Made by a program: the position numbers and the translations under genes
In this document: positions 40,685 to 55,685 of the stretch, one piece after another
Numbering within the stretch: the first letter of the stretch is position 1
How the letters are laid out: each line of letters opens with the position of its first letter
Notes under the pieces: model-generated
Database searches by the model: none
Seen by the model: the letters and a program-made list of their open reading frames with translations, nothing else
Told to the model about the DNA's origin: nothing
Assembly (NCBI GenBank): GCA_021793195.1
Contig: JAJYTG010000002.1
Span: 2,969 to 66,968 of the forward strand
DNA from: Pseudomonadota bacterium
GTDB taxonomy: Bacteria > Pseudomonadota > Gammaproteobacteria > Xanthomonadales > Rhodanobacteraceae
Reading direction: 5' to 3'
Length of the DNA: 64,000 nt

Positions 40685-41066
40685 GGTGCGGCTCCAGGGG
40701 CGATCAAGGCAGGCGGACGGCGATCGGGCGAGGCATGCGGCGGCTGCAGACGGGTGACCCGCGAGGTGCGAGCAGGCCATCGACGCCCGTCTCGCAAAGG
40801 GGTCGACGCAGCGGATGAACTGCTGCCGTCGTTCAAGTGCACCATTCAGTTTAGTTATTTGTGCGAGCCAGGGTCAAGCGTGGCGAGGGCCGACTGGATG
40901 CAGTGGCCGGCAGCGCCGTTTTGTGCTTGCGATCGTCCTCGCGGGGTATCGCGTGGACGCCTGAACCGTGGCGGAAAGTGGTTGCCCCCGGTTCCGGCCG
41001 GCGTGCATCTGTGCCCGACCGAAGCGATATGCTTGTGCGATTTCTTCACTAGCAACTGGACTTCCC

Positions 41067-44000
41067 ATGCCATCGAACCACGCGCTCCAGGCGTCCACAC
41101 CGGCCTCGCGGCTGCTTGAAGAGGTCATCGCCCGCCTGCCCGGCGCCCGCAGCGCCGAGGCGCAGGTGCTGGTGCCGGCACTGCTGGCGCGGGCGCCGGC
41201 CGAAGAACTGGCGCTGCGTGATGCCGCCGACTGGGCGGCGCTGACCCTGGATCTGCTCGACTTCCTGCGCGTGCGCCGCAGTGGTCATGCCGCGGTGCGG
41301 GTCTTCAACCCCGTGCGCGCCAAGCACGGCTGGGAGAGCCCGTACACGGTGGTGCAGATCATCACCGACGACATGCCGTTCCTGGTCGATTCGGTCGGGA
41401 TGGCGCTGCAGGCGGTCGGGCTGAAGATCCATGCCCTGCTGCACCCGGTGCTGGCGTGCAGACGCGATGCCAGCGGGAATCTGCTGGCGCTGCTTGACGG
41501 CACGCCCGAGTCGCTGACCCATGTCGAGGTGGATCGTCTGGCCGATGCCGCCGACATCGTGCGCGTGACCAGGGCGATCGAGAGCGCGCTCGAGGACGTG
41601 CGTCTGGCGGTCAGCGACTGGCCGGCGATCCGCACGCGCATGCTGGCGATCGCGGACGAGTTGCCCGCGCGCAGCGGACCGCTGTCGGCGCAGGATCGGG
41701 CCGAAGCCCAGGAATTCCTGCGCTGGGTCGCGGACGACCATTTCACCTTTCTCGGCTATCGCGAATACGAGGTCGCTGCCAAGGGCGACGACGAGGTGCT
41801 GGATGCGCGTGCCGGATCCGGTCTCGGCATCCTGCGCAATCCCGAGCGGCGGCTGACGCCGCGCTCGCTGAAGTCGCTGGTGGCCACGAGCCTGCCGCAG
41901 TCGGGCGCGGTCGACGCGATCATCCTGACCAAGACCAATGCCCGCGCCACCGTGCACCGCCCCGGTTACATGGACTACATCGGCGTGCTGCGCTTCGACG
42001 CGCAGGGACGTCCGGTTGCCGAGCAGCGCTTCCTCGGTCTGTTCACCTCCGGCGCCTACATGCGGCGGCCGCAGGACGTGCCGCTGGTGCGGCGCAAGTT
42101 CGAGGCGGTGATGGAGCGCTCGGCGCTGCGTCGCGATTCGCATTCCGGCAAGGCGCTGCGGCACATTCTCGAGACCCTGCCGCGCGATGAGCTGTTCCAG
42201 TCCAGCGAGGACGAGTTGTACGCCATCGCCAGCGGTATCCTCGAGCTGGGCGAGCGCGCCCGCACGCGGCTGTTCGTGCGCGCCGACCGCTATGGCCGGT
42301 TCTATTCGTGTCTGGCTTTCCTGCCGCGCGAGCGCTTCACCGCCGGCGTGCGCGAGAAGATCGAGCAGATGCTGCGCGCAGCGCTGGACGGCGAGCAGGT
42401 GGACGCCACGGTGCTGCTGGACGAATCGGCGCTGGCGCGGCTGCACGTGGTCGTGCGGCTGCGCGTCGGCGCTCGTCCGCAGGTCGACGCGGCCGCGCTC
42501 GAGCTGCGCCTGACCGAGCTGGTGCGCAACTGGCAGGACGATCTGCGCGAGTGCCTGGTGCGGCGCTGCGGCGAGGAGCGCGGTCTGCGCCTGGCCGCGC
42601 GCTACGGACGGGCGCTGCCGGCCGGCTACATCGAGGAAGTCACGCCCGAGATCGCCGCCGCCGACGTCGAGCATCTGGCCGCGCTGGCCGGACCCGACGA
42701 TCTGCGCATGTCGCTGTACCGCGCGCCTCATGGCAGCGGTCTGCGCTTCAAGCTGATCCACTACGGTGCGCCGATCGCGTTGTCGCTGGCGTTGCCGATG
42801 CTGGAGAACATGGGCGTGCGCATGCTCGCCGAGCACGTCTACCCGCTGTCGCTGCAGGGTTCCGAGCTGACCATCCACGACTTCGAGCTGGAAGCGCCAG
42901 CGGTGCTGGCCTTCGAACTCGGCGAGCTGGCCGACGGCTTCGAGCGTGCGTTCGCGGCGGTCTATCGCGGCCAGGCCGAGAGCGACACCTTCAACCGGCT
43001 GGTGCTGACCGCGCGGCTCGACTGGCGGCTGGTCGCGCTGCTGCGCGGCTACTGCAAATACCTGCTGCAGGTCGGCGTGCCGTTCTCGCAGGCGTACATG
43101 GAGGAAACCCTCAACCGCTACCCGCTGATCGCCGGTCTGCTGGCGGAGCTGTTCCTGGCCAAGTTCGATCCGCGTCGCGAGGCGTTGTCCGCGGCCGAGC
43201 TGGAGGCCGCGCGCGCGCGCTTGACCGCCGAGCTCGACGCGCTGCTGCCGGGGGATGTCTCGCGCACGCATCCGCAGCTGGCGGCGGATCTGGTGGATGC
43301 GCTGGGCGCGCCACGCGCGGTGCAGATCGAGGCGGTGATCGCCACCCTCAAGGTGCTGTTCGACGGCGTCGCCAGCCTCGACGAGGACCGCATCTTGCGC
43401 AGCTTCATGGGCGTGATCCGCGCCACCCTGCGCACCGGGTTCTTCCAGACCCGCGACGGCCGTCTGCGCGACTACATCGCCTGCAAGTTCGACAGCGCCC
43501 AGGTACCCGATCTGCCCAAGCCGCGGCCCTATCGCGAGATCTTCGTCTACAGCCCGCGCGTCGAAGGCGTGCATCTGCGCTTCGGCCCGGTGGCGCGCGG
43601 CGGCTTGCGCTGGTCGGACCGCCGCGAGGACTTCCGTACCGAGGTGCTCGGCCTGGTCAAGGCGCAGATGGTCAAGAACACGGTGATCGTGCCGGTCGGC
43701 TCCAAGGGCGGCTTCTTCGTCAAGCGCCCGCCCGTTGGCGGCGATCGCGAGGCGCAACTGGCCGAAGGCGTCGCCTGCTACCGGTTGTTCATCAACGGCC
43801 TGCTCGATCTCACCGACAACCTCGTCGAGGGCAGGGTCGTGCCGCCGGCCGACGTGATCCGCCACGATGCCGACGATCCCTACCTGGTGGTCGCCGCGGA
43901 CAAGGGCACCGCCACGTTTTCCGACATCGCCAATGGCATCGCGCTCGAACACGGCTACTGGCTGGGCGATGCCTTCGCTTCGGGCGGCTCCCACGGCTAC

Positions 44001-45992
44001 GACCACAAGGGCATGGCGATCACCGCGCGCGGCGGCTGGGAATCGGTGAAGCGCCACTTCCGCGCGCTCGGACGCGACTGCCAGAGCGAGACCTTCAGCT
44101 GCGTCGGCATCGGTGACATGTCCGGCGACGTGTTCGGCAACGGCATGCTGCTGTCGCGTCAGACGCGCCTGCTCGCCGCGTTCGATCACCGCGACATCTT
44201 TCTCGATCCCGATCCCGATCCGGCGGTTGCGTTCGCCGAGCGCGAGCGACTGTTCAAGTTGCCGCGTTCGTCGTGGCAGGATTACGACAAGGGCGCGATT
44301 TCCGCGGGCGGCGGCGTCTGGCCGCGCTCGGCCAAGAGCATTCCGGTCTCGCCCGCGGTGCGCGCCGCGCTCGGCATCGAGGAAGCGGTCGAGCAGATGA
44401 GCCCGACCGAGCTGCTGCGCGCGATCCTGCGCGCGCCGGTCGACCTGCTCTGGAACGGCGGCATCGGTACCTACGTCAAGGCCAGCTCCGAAACCAGTGC
44501 CGACGCCGGCGATCGCGCCAACAACGCCATCCGCCTCAACGGCAGCGAGCTGCGCTGCCGGATCGTCGGCGAGGGCGGCAACCTCGGCCTGACCCAGCGC
44601 GGCCGCGTCGAAGCCGCCTTCAACGGCGTGCTGCTGAACACCGACTTCATCGACAACTCGGCCGGCGTCGACACCTCCGATCACGAGGTCAACATCAAGA
44701 TCCTGCTCAACGACGCCGTGCAACGCGGGGAGCTGAGCTTCGACGGCCGCAATCGCCTGCTGGCCTCGATGACCGACGCGGTGGCGCGGCTGGTACTGCG
44801 GGACAACTACCGCCAGAACCAGGCGATCAGCCTGATGGAGCGCATGGCGGTCAAGCGGCTGGGCTCGATGGCGCACCTGATCCGCACGCTGGAAGCGGAG
44901 GGCGTGCTCGATCGCGTGATCGAGTTCCTGCCCAGTGATGCCGAGCTCGTCGAGCGCAGGACGCGCGGGCTGGGCCTGACGCGGCCCGAGCTGTCGATCC
45001 TGCTGTCCTACGACAAGATCAAGATCTACCAGCAGCTGCTCGATTCCGACGTGCCCGAGGATCCCTACCTGTCCCGGGAGCTGATGCGCTATTTCCCCGA
45101 GCCGCTGCACGAACCCTACGCCGGGCACATGCAGCGCCATCGCCTGAAGCGCGAGATCATCGCCACCGCGGTGACCAATACCCTGGTCAACCGCATGGGT
45201 GCCAGCTTCATGCTGCGCATGCAGGAGGACACCGGGCAAAGCCCGGCCGCCGTCGCCAAGGCCTTCACCATCGCCCGCGAAGTACTGGACGCGCGCGCGC
45301 TGTGGGCCGAGATCGAGGCCCTGGACGGCAAGGTCAGCGATGCCGCCCAGATCGAGGCGGTGCTGGCGGTGTGGGAACTGCTGCGCAGCCTGACCCGCTG
45401 GCTGCTGGGTCGGCCATCCGCCGGGCTCGACATCGCCGCGCACGTCGAGCGCTATGCGCCCGGCGTGCAGCGCCTGCGTGCGGCGCTGCCACGGATCCTG
45501 CCGGAGGCGGCGCGAGCCGTGTTCGTCGCGGCCGGCGAGCGCTGGGTCGCGCAGGGGTTGCCCGCCACGCTGGCGCAGGCGCTGGCGGGATTGCCCGATC
45601 TGGCCATGGCGCTGGACGTGGTCGAGGTCGCCAGCAGCAGCCGGCATGACGTCGAGGAGGTTGGCGCGGTGTTCTATCAGATGGGCACCGCGCTCGAGCT
45701 CGACTGGCTGCGGGCGCGCATCGAGGAACTGCCGGTGGAAAGTCGCTGGCATGCGCAGGCACGTGGCTCGCTGCGCGACGAACTGGCTGCGCAGCACCGG
45801 ACGCTGGCGATGCAGGTGATCGCATCGGCGCGCATGGGTGATGCGACGCCGGTGCAGACCTGGCTGGGTCGCGATGACGCGCAGCTCAAATACACGCTGG
45901 GCATGCTGGCCGAGATCCGCGGCCAGAGCATGGACTACCCGATCGCCTCGGTGGCGCTGCGCCGGCTGGCGCAGCTGGCTCACGCCGGCTGA
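41067..45992 (+). CDS. gdhB: Large NAD-specific glutamate dehydrogenase (GdhB type)
   Basis: DMPFLVDS, ARGGLRWSDRREDFRTEVLGL, VVAADKGTATFSD, GIGDMSGDVFGNG, NSAGVDTSDHEVNIK. Confidence 0.95.
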   Translation: MPSNHALQASTPASRLLEEVIARLPGARSAEAQVLVPALLARAPAEELALRDAADWAALTLDLLDFLRVRRSGHAAVRVFNPVRAKHGWESPYTVVQIITDDMPFLVDSVGMALQAVGLKIHALLHPVLACRRDASGNLLALLDGTPESLTHVEVDRLADAADIVRVTRAIESALEDVRLAVSDWPAIRTRMLAIADELPARSGPLSAQDRAEAQEFLRWVADDHFTFLGYREYEVAAKGDDEVLDARAGSGLGILRNPERRLTPRSLKSLVATSLPQSGAVDAIILTKTNARATVHRPGYMDYIGVLRFDAQGRPVAEQRFLGLFTSGAYMRRPQDVPLVRRKFEAVMERSALRRDSHSGKALRHILETLPRDELFQSSEDELYAIASGILELGERARTRLFVRADRYGRFYSCLAFLPRERFTAGVREKIEQMLRAALDGEQVDATVLLDESALARLHVVVRLRVGARPQVDAAALELRLTELVRNWQDDLRECLVRRCGEERGLRLAARYGRALPAGYIEEVTPEIAAADVEHLAALAGPDDLRMSLYRAPHGSGLRFKLIHYGAPIALSLALPMLENMGVRMLAEHVYPLSLQGSELTIHDFELEAPAVLAFELGELADGFERAFAAVYRGQAESDTFNRLVLTARLDWRLVALLRGYCKYLLQVGVPFSQAYMEETLNRYPLIAGLLAELFLAKFDPRREALSAAELEAARARLTAELDALLPGDVSRTHPQLAADLVDALGAPRAVQIEAVIATLKVLFDGVASLDEDRILRSFMGVIRATLRTGFFQTRDGRLRDYIACKFDSAQVPDLPKPRPYREIFVYSPRVEGVHLRFGPVARGGLRWSDRREDFRTEVLGLVKAQMVKNTVIVPVGSKGGFFVKRPPVGGDREAQLAEGVACYRLFINGLLDLTDNLVEGRVVPPADVIRHDADDPYLVVAADKGTATFSDIANGIALEHGYWLGDAFASGGSHGYDHKGMAITARGGWESVKRHFRALGRDCQSETFSCVGIGDMSGDVFGNGMLLSRQTRLLAAFDHRDIFLDPDPDPAVAFAERERLFKLPRSSWQDYDKGAISAGGGVWPRSAKSIPVSPAVRAALGIEEAVEQMSPTELLRAILRAPVDLLWNGGIGTYVKASSETSADAGDRANNAIRLNGSELRCRIVGEGGNLGLTQRGRVEAAFNGVLLNTDFIDNSAGVDTSDHEVNIKILLNDAVQRGELSFDGRNRLLASMTDAVARLVLRDNYRQNQAISLMERMAVKRLGSMAHLIRTLEAEGVLDRVIEFLPSDAELVERRTRGLGLTRPELSILLSYDKIKIYQQLLDSDVPEDPYLSRELMRYFPEPLHEPYAGHMQRHRLKREIIATAVTNTLVNRMGASFMLRMQEDTGQSPAAVAKAFTIAREVLDARALWAEIEALDGKVSDAAQIEAVLAVWELLRSLTRWLLGRPSAGLDIAAHVERYAPGVQRLRAALPRILPEAARAVFVAAGERWVAQGLPATLAQALAGLPDLAMALDVVEVASSSRHDVEEVGAVFYQMGTALELDWLRARIEELPVESRWHAQARGSLRDELAAQHRTLAMQVIASARMGDATPVQTWLGRDDAQLKYTLGMLAEIRGQSMDYPIASVALRRLAQLAHAG

Positions 45993-46024
45993 GCGCGGCG
46001 CACGCGGGGATCGATGACGTGCGG

Positions 46025-46054
46025 TTCCGGCCGGATCACACGATCCGGCCGGAA
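46025..46054. terminator. Perfect 13-bp hairpin between convergent gdhB and rhlE
   Basis: TTCCGGCCGGATC-ACAC-GATCCGGCCGGAA. Confidence 0.65.
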
Positions 46055-46067
46055 GGATGACCCGCGT

Positions 46068-47399
<1,332 letters not shown>

Positions 47400-47721
47400 C
47401 AACATGACTCCTGAAGCCGCCTCACCACGCGGACGCGATACCGGTTCAGGCAGAAATGAAGGGGGAGGGCGGGCGCCGACGGCGCTGCCGGGTTTGCTGC
47501 GGAAGAAGACTGAATCGACAGCAGGGGCGCAACCGGAGCGCCACGACAAACGCCGCCATGATAGCCGAAGCTGGCCGCGGCCGTCGGCCCGGCGCGCCGG
47601 CGCCTCGGCTCACGCCGTGCTTACCGATCGTTGAGGTGGATCACGAAGGCTCCCGCGACGGGCACAATGACGACTCCGCCCGCGCCGGTCGCACGGGCGA
47701 AACATATCCGGGAGGACCATC

Positions 47722-48747
47722 ATGAGATCGCACGCTGCCGCGCTGTCGCGCCATCCACTCTTGCTCGTCGCCGCCACGCTGGCCCTGACGGTCAGCGCCA
47801 CCGCGAGCGCCGGCACCACGTTGCTGCGGATTCCCGGCGGCGCGCACGGTCTCGGTTTCGACGACCTCGGCTATGCCCCCGCGCTCGGTCGCGTGCTGGT
47901 GCCGGCAGCGCAGAGCGGCGCGCTGGTGCTGGTCGACCCCGCCGATGACGCACTCAAGGTGCTGCCGCATATCGCTCCGGGCACGGTCGGGCCCGACCAC
48001 GACGATGCCGGTACCACTTCGGCCGACTACGGTGAAGGTCTGCTGTTCGCCAGTGACCACGCGCACATGGCGGTGCTGGCAGTCGATCCGCGAACCGGCG
48101 CGGTCGTCGCGCGCGCGCAGCTCGCGGGCGGCCCCGACTACGTGCGCTACGTGGCGCCGCTGCATCAGGTGTGGGTCAGCGAGCCGCACCTGAAGCAGAT
48201 CGAGCGCTTCGCGGTGACCGCGGGCGCGCATCCGGCGCTGACGCGCGTCGGCGCGGTCAGCGTGCCGGGCGGCCCCGAGTCGCTGGTGATCGACGCCGCG
48301 CGCGCGCAGGCCTACAGCAACGAGTGGAAGGACCACACGGTGGCGATCTCGCTCGAGCATCCGCATGTCACCGCACGCTGGGCCAACAGCTGCGAGGGCA
48401 GCCGCGGGCTGGCACTGGACGCCGCCGGCCACACCCTGTTCGTCGGCTGCAAGGAGGGCAAGGTGGTGGCGCTGGACCTCGACCATGCCGGCCGCATCGA
48501 AGCCAGCGCCAAGGTCGGCGCCGGCGTCGACATCATCGCCTGGAATCCGGCGCTGCATCACGTGTATGCGCCCGGCGCGGTCAGCGCGACGATGAGCGTG
48601 CTCGACTTCAGCGGCGGCGCACTGAAGACGGTCGCGACGGTGCCGACGGCGGCACACGCGCACTGCGTGGCGACCGACGGCAAGTCGGTGGCCTATGTCT
48701 GCGATCCGGGCGCCGGTGCGCTGATCGTCTATCGCGATCGCACCTGA
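47722..48747 (+). CDS. Secreted YVTN/YncE-like beta-propeller protein
   Basis: GGAGGA RBS, signal peptide ..ASA, repeated GGPD/GGPES blade turns, GLALD, no catalytic motif recognised. Confidence 0.75.
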   Translation: MRSHAAALSRHPLLLVAATLALTVSATASAGTTLLRIPGGAHGLGFDDLGYAPALGRVLVPAAQSGALVLVDPADDALKVLPHIAPGTVGPDHDDAGTTSADYGEGLLFASDHAHMAVLAVDPRTGAVVARAQLAGGPDYVRYVAPLHQVWVSEPHLKQIERFAVTAGAHPALTRVGAVSVPGGPESLVIDAARAQAYSNEWKDHTVAISLEHPHVTARWANSCEGSRGLALDAAGHTLFVGCKEGKVVALDLDHAGRIEASAKVGAGVDIIAWNPALHHVYAPGAVSATMSVLDFSGGALKTVATVPTAAHAHCVATDGKSVAYVCDPGAGALIVYRDRT

Positions 48748-48802
48748 GCGTGATGCCTCGCGCCACCCGCGCCGTCGCCGGCGGCGCGGGCGGCGCTGAT
48801 CG

Positions 48803-51172
<2,370 letters not shown>

Positions 51173-51286
51173 GGGGATCTCCGGTCGCGGCGGGCTGGAA
51201 AGCCGGCTATTGTCCGGCCCGCGGCAGACTGAAACAAGCACGCATGGCGCCGCTCGCGTCATGCTCTGCCTCGCCAGGAGAGGTCC

Positions 51287-52102
51287 ATGCGGCGCACGGT
51301 GTTCTACGTTTCCGATTCCACCGGCATCACCGCCGAGACGATTGGTCACAGCATCCTGACCCAGTTCGACGGCATCGAGTTCGACACCCACCGCATTCCC
51401 TTCGTCGACAGCACCGACAAGGCGCAGGCCGCCGCGCTGCGGATCAAGTCCGAGTACGCGCGCTCGGGCCAGCGGCCGGTGGTGATCAACACCGCGGTCG
51501 ACCAGGCGCTGAGCGAGATTCTGGCCGGCAGCGGTGCCTTGATGCTGGACGTATTCGCGCCGTTCGTCGGCCCGCTGGAAGCCGAGCTCGGCTCCAAGCG
51601 CCGCCCGGCGGTCAATCGCGCGCACGGACTGGTGGACTTCGCCAGGTACGAGGCGCGCATCAACGCCACCAACTACGCGCTGACCCACGACGACGGGCTG
51701 GACGTGAATTACGCCGAGGCCGACCTGATCCTGGTCGGCGTGTCGCGCTCGGGCAAGACGCCCACGTGTCTCTACATGGCGCTGCACTTCGGCGTCAGTG
51801 CCGGCAATTATCCGCTGACCGAGGACGACCTCGACAAACTCGAGTTGCCGGCGCGGCTGCGGCCCTACCGTGCGCGCCTGTTCGGGCTGACCATCGAGGC
51901 CGGGCGACTGGCGCAGATCCGCGAGCAGCGTCGCCCGGGCAGCAATTACGCCACCCTGGCGCAGTGTCGCAAGGAGCTGGCGCAGGCCGACCAGCTGTTC
52001 CGGCGCGAGAACATCCCGGTCCTCAACACCACCCACACCTCGATCGAGGAGATCGCCAGCAAGATCTTTGCCCAGCTCGGCATCGAGCGGCACCTGTTCT
52101 GA
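51287..52102 (+). CDS. ppsR: PEP synthase regulatory protein (PSRP kinase/phosphotransferase)
   Basis: [29 protein letters not shown]; divergent from ppsA. Confidence 0.95.
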   Translation: MRRTVFYVSDSTGITAETIGHSILTQFDGIEFDTHRIPFVDSTDKAQAAALRIKSEYARSGQRPVVINTAVDQALSEILAGSGALMLDVFAPFVGPLEAELGSKRRPAVNRAHGLVDFARYEARINATNYALTHDDGLDVNYAEADLILVGVSRSGKTPTCLYMALHFGVSAGNYPLTEDDLDKLELPARLRPYRARLFGLTIEAGRLAQIREQRRPGSNYATLAQCRKELAQADQLFRRENIPVLNTTHTSIEEIASKIFAQLGIERHLF

Positions 52103-52164
52103 GCCGCATGTCCGATGGCGCCCCGACGGCCGGTGCCCGGATGCGCCGATGCTAAGCTCGGGCC

Positions 52165-52644
52165 ATGCTGGCCGATCGCATCACCGCCGCCGCGCTGCTG
52201 CCCGGACGCTTCGAGCTGCTGATGGGGCTGTACGCGGAGAACTATCACCGCCTGGCGCGGCTGTTCGCGCCGCAGCAACTGGCGGTGGGGCGTTACGTGT
52301 CCGACGTCGACGATGGTCTCGACGTGCATCTCGAGGTGCAGGTGCGGCACCCCTACACGATCGAGCTGGAACTGACCTACGACCTGCGCGACGCCGACAC
52401 CGGCCTGCGCGCGCCGTCGGCGCAGATCCGCATGTACACCGACGCGCACGTCGCCGAGGTGCTGCACTGCCATCCTGGGCGGCGGCTGTGGCAGGTGCTG
52501 GGTCCGTTTCCGCCGCCGCGCACGGTGCTGCAGCACCGCATGCGCATGGCGAGTTTTCTCAGCCGCTGGCTGGAATATCTGGTCGAGCAGGGGCACTCGG
52601 CGGGGACGCTGATGCGCGCCGTCGACGTCGTTGCGAATCCCTGA
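52165..52644 (+). CDS. DUF1249 (YqiB-like) protein
   Basis: [36 protein letters not shown]...GH. Confidence 0.8.
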   Translation: MLADRITAAALLPGRFELLMGLYAENYHRLARLFAPQQLAVGRYVSDVDDGLDVHLEVQVRHPYTIELELTYDLRDADTGLRAPSAQIRMYTDAHVAEVLHCHPGRRLWQVLGPFPPPRTVLQHRMRMASFLSRWLEYLVEQGHSAGTLMRAVDVVANP

Positions 52645-52673
52645 AGCACCGGGCTCGCGCGACGGCCGTGCCT

Positions 52674-52704
52674 GAAACGAACAAGCCCGCTCGCGGCGGG
52701 CTTG
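52674..52704 (-). terminator. Terminator of the tRNA operon (probably bidirectional)
   Basis: CAAGCCCGC-5-GCGGGCTTG followed by TTCGTTTC on the minus strand. Confidence 0.75.
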
Positions 52705-52711
52705 AGGTGAA

Positions 52712-52788
52712 TGGCGGAGCGGACGGGACTCGAACCCGCGACCTCCGGCGTGACAGGCCAGCATTCTAACCAGCTGAACTACCGCTCC
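52712..52788 (-). tRNA. tRNA-Asp(GTC)
   Basis: GGAGCGGTAGTTCAG...CTGTCAC...GTTCGAGTCCCGTCCGCTCCGCCA. Confidence 0.97.
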
Positions 52789-52853
52789 GCGTTTTGACGA
52801 CTGCTCGTGTTGCCTTGCAACTCCGCCCGGCATCCGCTGCCGGGACGACCTCG

Positions 52854-52929
52854 TGGCGTCCCCACGGGGATTCGAACCCCGGTCGCCACCGTGAAAGGGT
52901 GATGTCCTAGGCCTCTAGACGATGGGGAC
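52854..52929 (-). tRNA. tRNA-Glu(TTC)
   Basis: GTCCCCATCGTCTAG...CTTTCAC...GTTCGAATCCCCGTGGGGACGCCA. Confidence 0.97.
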
Positions 52930-52937
52930 TTGAAGGG

Positions 52938-53013
<76 letters not shown>

Positions 53014-53030
53014 CACGCTGGAAGCCGGAA

Positions 53031-53059
53031 AGGTTACGGGGGGGGCGCGAAGCCGTCAA
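53031..53059 (-). promoter_or_regulatory. Sigma70 promoter of the tRNA operon
   Basis: TTGACG-17 nt-TAACCT followed by a GC-rich discriminator. Confidence 0.85.
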
Positions 53060-53225
53060 GCTTTATCGCCGATGGCCACGGTCGCCGGGCGCGTGAATCG
53101 CGGCTGCACGGCGGTCCGCGGACGGCACGCTGCCGTTTGCCAATCGTAAGGTGGTCCCGCACAATGGGCGTCCGCGTTCGCGCACCGCGTGTCGCGCAAA
53201 CGCCCATCCACATGAGGAATATCGA

Positions 53226-53969
53226 ATGTCGAAGATTCTGCGTCCCACGCTGCTCGCGGCGGTGATGTCCGCGACGCTGGGCCTGACCGCGGTCGCGCAC
53301 GCGGCCGGGCCGGCGCTGACCACCGAGAAGGCCAAGAACAGCTACGTCGTCGGCATGGATCTCGGCAGCTCGCTGCCGCCGATCGTGCGCGAGGAACTCG
53401 ATCCCGCGATCGTGGCGCGTGCGCTGCAGACCGTGCTGTCGGGCCAGAAGCCGGCGATGAGCGAAGCCGAGGCCAAGACCGTGCGCGAGGCCTTCATGGT
53501 CAAGCTGCAGGCGAAGAACAAGATCGAAGTGGCCAAGATGGCGGCCAAGAACGAGGCCGACGGCGCGGCATTTCTCGCCAAGAACAAGACCCGTCCGGGC
53601 GTGAAGACCTTGCCCGACGGTCTGCAGTACGAAGTGCTGCAGATGGGCACCGGTGCCAAGCCGACCGCCAATGACACGGTGCAGGTCAACTACACCGGTA
53701 CCTTCATCAACGGGCAGAAGTTCGACGCCTCCGCCGATCACGGTGGTCCGGCCTCGATCCCGCTGGGCAACGTCATCCCGGGCTTCCGCGAGGGCGTGAT
53801 GCTGATGCCGGTGGGCAGCAAGTTCAAGCTGTTCATCCCCGGCAACCTGGCTTACGGCGCCACGCCGCCGCCGGGCACGCTGCCGCCCAACATGACTCTG
53901 GTGTTCGACATCGATCTGCTGAAGGCGATGCCGACGCCGGCAGCGCCGGCTGCACCCGCCGGCAAGTAA
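53226..53969 (+). CDS. fkpA: Periplasmic FKBP-type PPIase (FkpA/Mip-like)
   Basis: Signal peptide, KNSYVVG dimerisation domain, [30 protein letters not shown]. Confidence 0.88.
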   Translation: MSKILRPTLLAAVMSATLGLTAVAHAAGPALTTEKAKNSYVVGMDLGSSLPPIVREELDPAIVARALQTVLSGQKPAMSEAEAKTVREAFMVKLQAKNKIEVAKMAAKNEADGAAFLAKNKTRPGVKTLPDGLQYEVLQMGTGAKPTANDTVQVNYTGTFINGQKFDASADHGGPASIPLGNVIPGFREGVMLMPVGSKFKLFIPGNLAYGATPPPGTLPPNMTLVFDIDLLKAMPTPAAPAAPAGK

Positions 53970-53987
53970 GCCGTCGCACCTGCGCAG

Positions 53988-54022
53988 CGGGGCGTGGAGC
54001 AATCCGCGCCCCGTTTGCTTTT
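53988..54022 (+). terminator. Intrinsic terminator after fkpA
   Basis: CGGGGCGTGGA-GCAA-TCCGCGCCCCG-TTTGCTTTT. Confidence 0.8.
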
Positions 54023-54123
54023 GCGCAGCGGTCTGCCACTGCGCTGGCCGCGATTCATGGCGGCGCCTAGAATCGCCATGCGGATTTGCCACCGCCTCCC
54101 ATCTCGCGCATTCCGGAGCGTTC

Positions 54124-55464
54124 ATGCGTGTCACCCTGTTCGGCACCGGATACGTCGGTCTGGTCACCGGCACCTGTCTCGCCGAGATGGGCAACGACGT
54201 GCTCTGCATCGATGTCGATGCGGCCAAGGTCGCGCGCCTGGAACGCGGTGAAACGCCGATCTTCGAGCCCGGCCTGGCGCCGCTGGTGGCGCGCAACCGT
54301 GCCGCCGGGCGACTGCATTTCGGTACCGACGCCGCAGCTGGCGTGGCCCACGGCGAGTTGCTCTTCATTGCGGTCGGCACGCCGCCGGACGAGGACGGCA
54401 GCGCCGATCTCAGCCACGTGCTCGCGGTGGCGCGCAGCATCGGCCGCCATCTCGACGGCTACGCCGTGGTCGTCAACAAGTCGACGGTGCCGGTCGGCAC
54501 CGCCGATCGGGTGCGCGCCGCCATTGGCGAACAGCTGGCCGCACGCGGCATGCGCCTCGAATTCGATGTCGTCTCCAATCCCGAATTCCTCAAGGAAGGC
54601 GATGCGGTCAACGACTGCCTGCGTCCCGACCGCATCATCGTCGGCAGCGACAGCGCGCGCGCCATTGCGCTGCTGAAGGCGCTCTATGCGCCGTTCAACC
54701 GCAATCACGAACGCATCGTGCTGATGGACGCGCGCTCGGCCGAGCTGACCAAGTACGCCGCCAACGCGATGCTGGCGACCAAGATCAGCTTCATGAACGA
54801 GATCGCCAACATCGCCGAGCAGGTGGGTGCCGATATCGAGCTGGTGCGCCAGGGGATCGGCGCCGATCCGCGCATCGGCTACCACTTCATTTACCCCGGT
54901 GCCGGCTATGGCGGCTCGTGTTTTCCCAAGGACGTGCAGGCGCTGGAGCGCACCGCGCACGCGCATGGCTATGCGGCGCGCCTGCTGGCCGCGGTCGAGG
55001 CGGTCAATGCCGATCAGAAGGGCAGGCTGTTCGCGCTGATTTCGCGGCACTTCGGCGCTGTGCTGCGCGGCCGCACGATCGCGGTGTGGGGGCTGGCGTT
55101 CAAGCCCAACACCGACGATCTGCGCGAAGCGCCCAGTCGCCGCCTGCTCGAGCAGCTGTGGGCGGCCGGCGCGCGCGTGCGTGCCTTCGATCCCGAGGCG
55201 ATGGATGCCGCGCGGCAGCTCTACGGCGCGCGCGCCGATCTCGAACTCTGCGCCGACCCGCACGCGGCCCTCGCGGGCGCCGATGCGCTGGCCCTGGTCA
55301 CCGAGTGGAAGGCCTTTCGCAGTCCCGACTTCGCGCGGGTGCGCGCCGAGCTGCGAGAGGCGGTGGTCTTCGATGGCCGCAATATCTGGGATCCCCCGGT
55401 GGTCGAGGCGGCGGGACTGGCTTACTACGGCATCGGCCGTGGCCGTTCGCTGGCGCGGGCCTGA
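54124..55464 (+). CDS. ugd: UDP-glucose 6-dehydrogenase
   Basis: [45 protein letters not shown]. Confidence 0.93.
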   Translation: MRVTLFGTGYVGLVTGTCLAEMGNDVLCIDVDAAKVARLERGETPIFEPGLAPLVARNRAAGRLHFGTDAAAGVAHGELLFIAVGTPPDEDGSADLSHVLAVARSIGRHLDGYAVVVNKSTVPVGTADRVRAAIGEQLAARGMRLEFDVVSNPEFLKEGDAVNDCLRPDRIIVGSDSARAIALLKALYAPFNRNHERIVLMDARSAELTKYAANAMLATKISFMNEIANIAEQVGADIELVRQGIGADPRIGYHFIYPGAGYGGSCFPKDVQALERTAHAHGYAARLLAAVEAVNADQKGRLFALISRHFGAVLRGRTIAVWGLAFKPNTDDLREAPSRRLLEQLWAAGARVRAFDPEAMDAARQLYGARADLELCADPHAALAGADALALVTEWKAFRSPDFARVRAELREAVVFDGRNIWDPPVVEAAGLAYYGIGRGRSLARA

Positions 55465-55466
55465 GC

Positions 55467-55676
55467 ATGAACGAGCCGGATCGCCTCGCCGAGCTGGAGG
55501 TGCGCATGACCTTTCTGGACGAGGCGGTGGCTGGCCTGCTGCACGCCGACGCCGAGCGCAGCGTGCGACTGGATCTGCTCGAGCGCAGCGTGCGCGAATT
55601 GCGCAGCGAGTTGGCCGCGGTGCGCGTTGCACTCGGTGCCGACACCCACCTCGAACCGCCGCCACCCCATTACTGA
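55467..55676 (+). CDS. slyX: SlyX-family protein
   Basis: RLAELEVRMTF coiled coil; C-terminal EPPPPHY. Confidence 0.9.
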   Translation: MNEPDRLAELEVRMTFLDEAVAGLLHADAERSVRLDLLERSVRELRSELAAVRVALGADTHLEPPPPHY

Positions 55677-55685
55677 GAACCGGGC

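Noticed and set aside
41049-45983. 1644-aa antisense ORF opposite gdhB
   Set aside because: It is codon-aligned with gdhB. Antisense stops need TTA/CTA/TCA codons, which GC-rich genes avoid. It has no motifs or RBS.
47631-47644. FNR-like site TTGAG-N4-ATCAC upstream of the beta-propeller gene
   Set aside because: Two mismatches, no clear matching -10, and no anaerobic context; likely chance.
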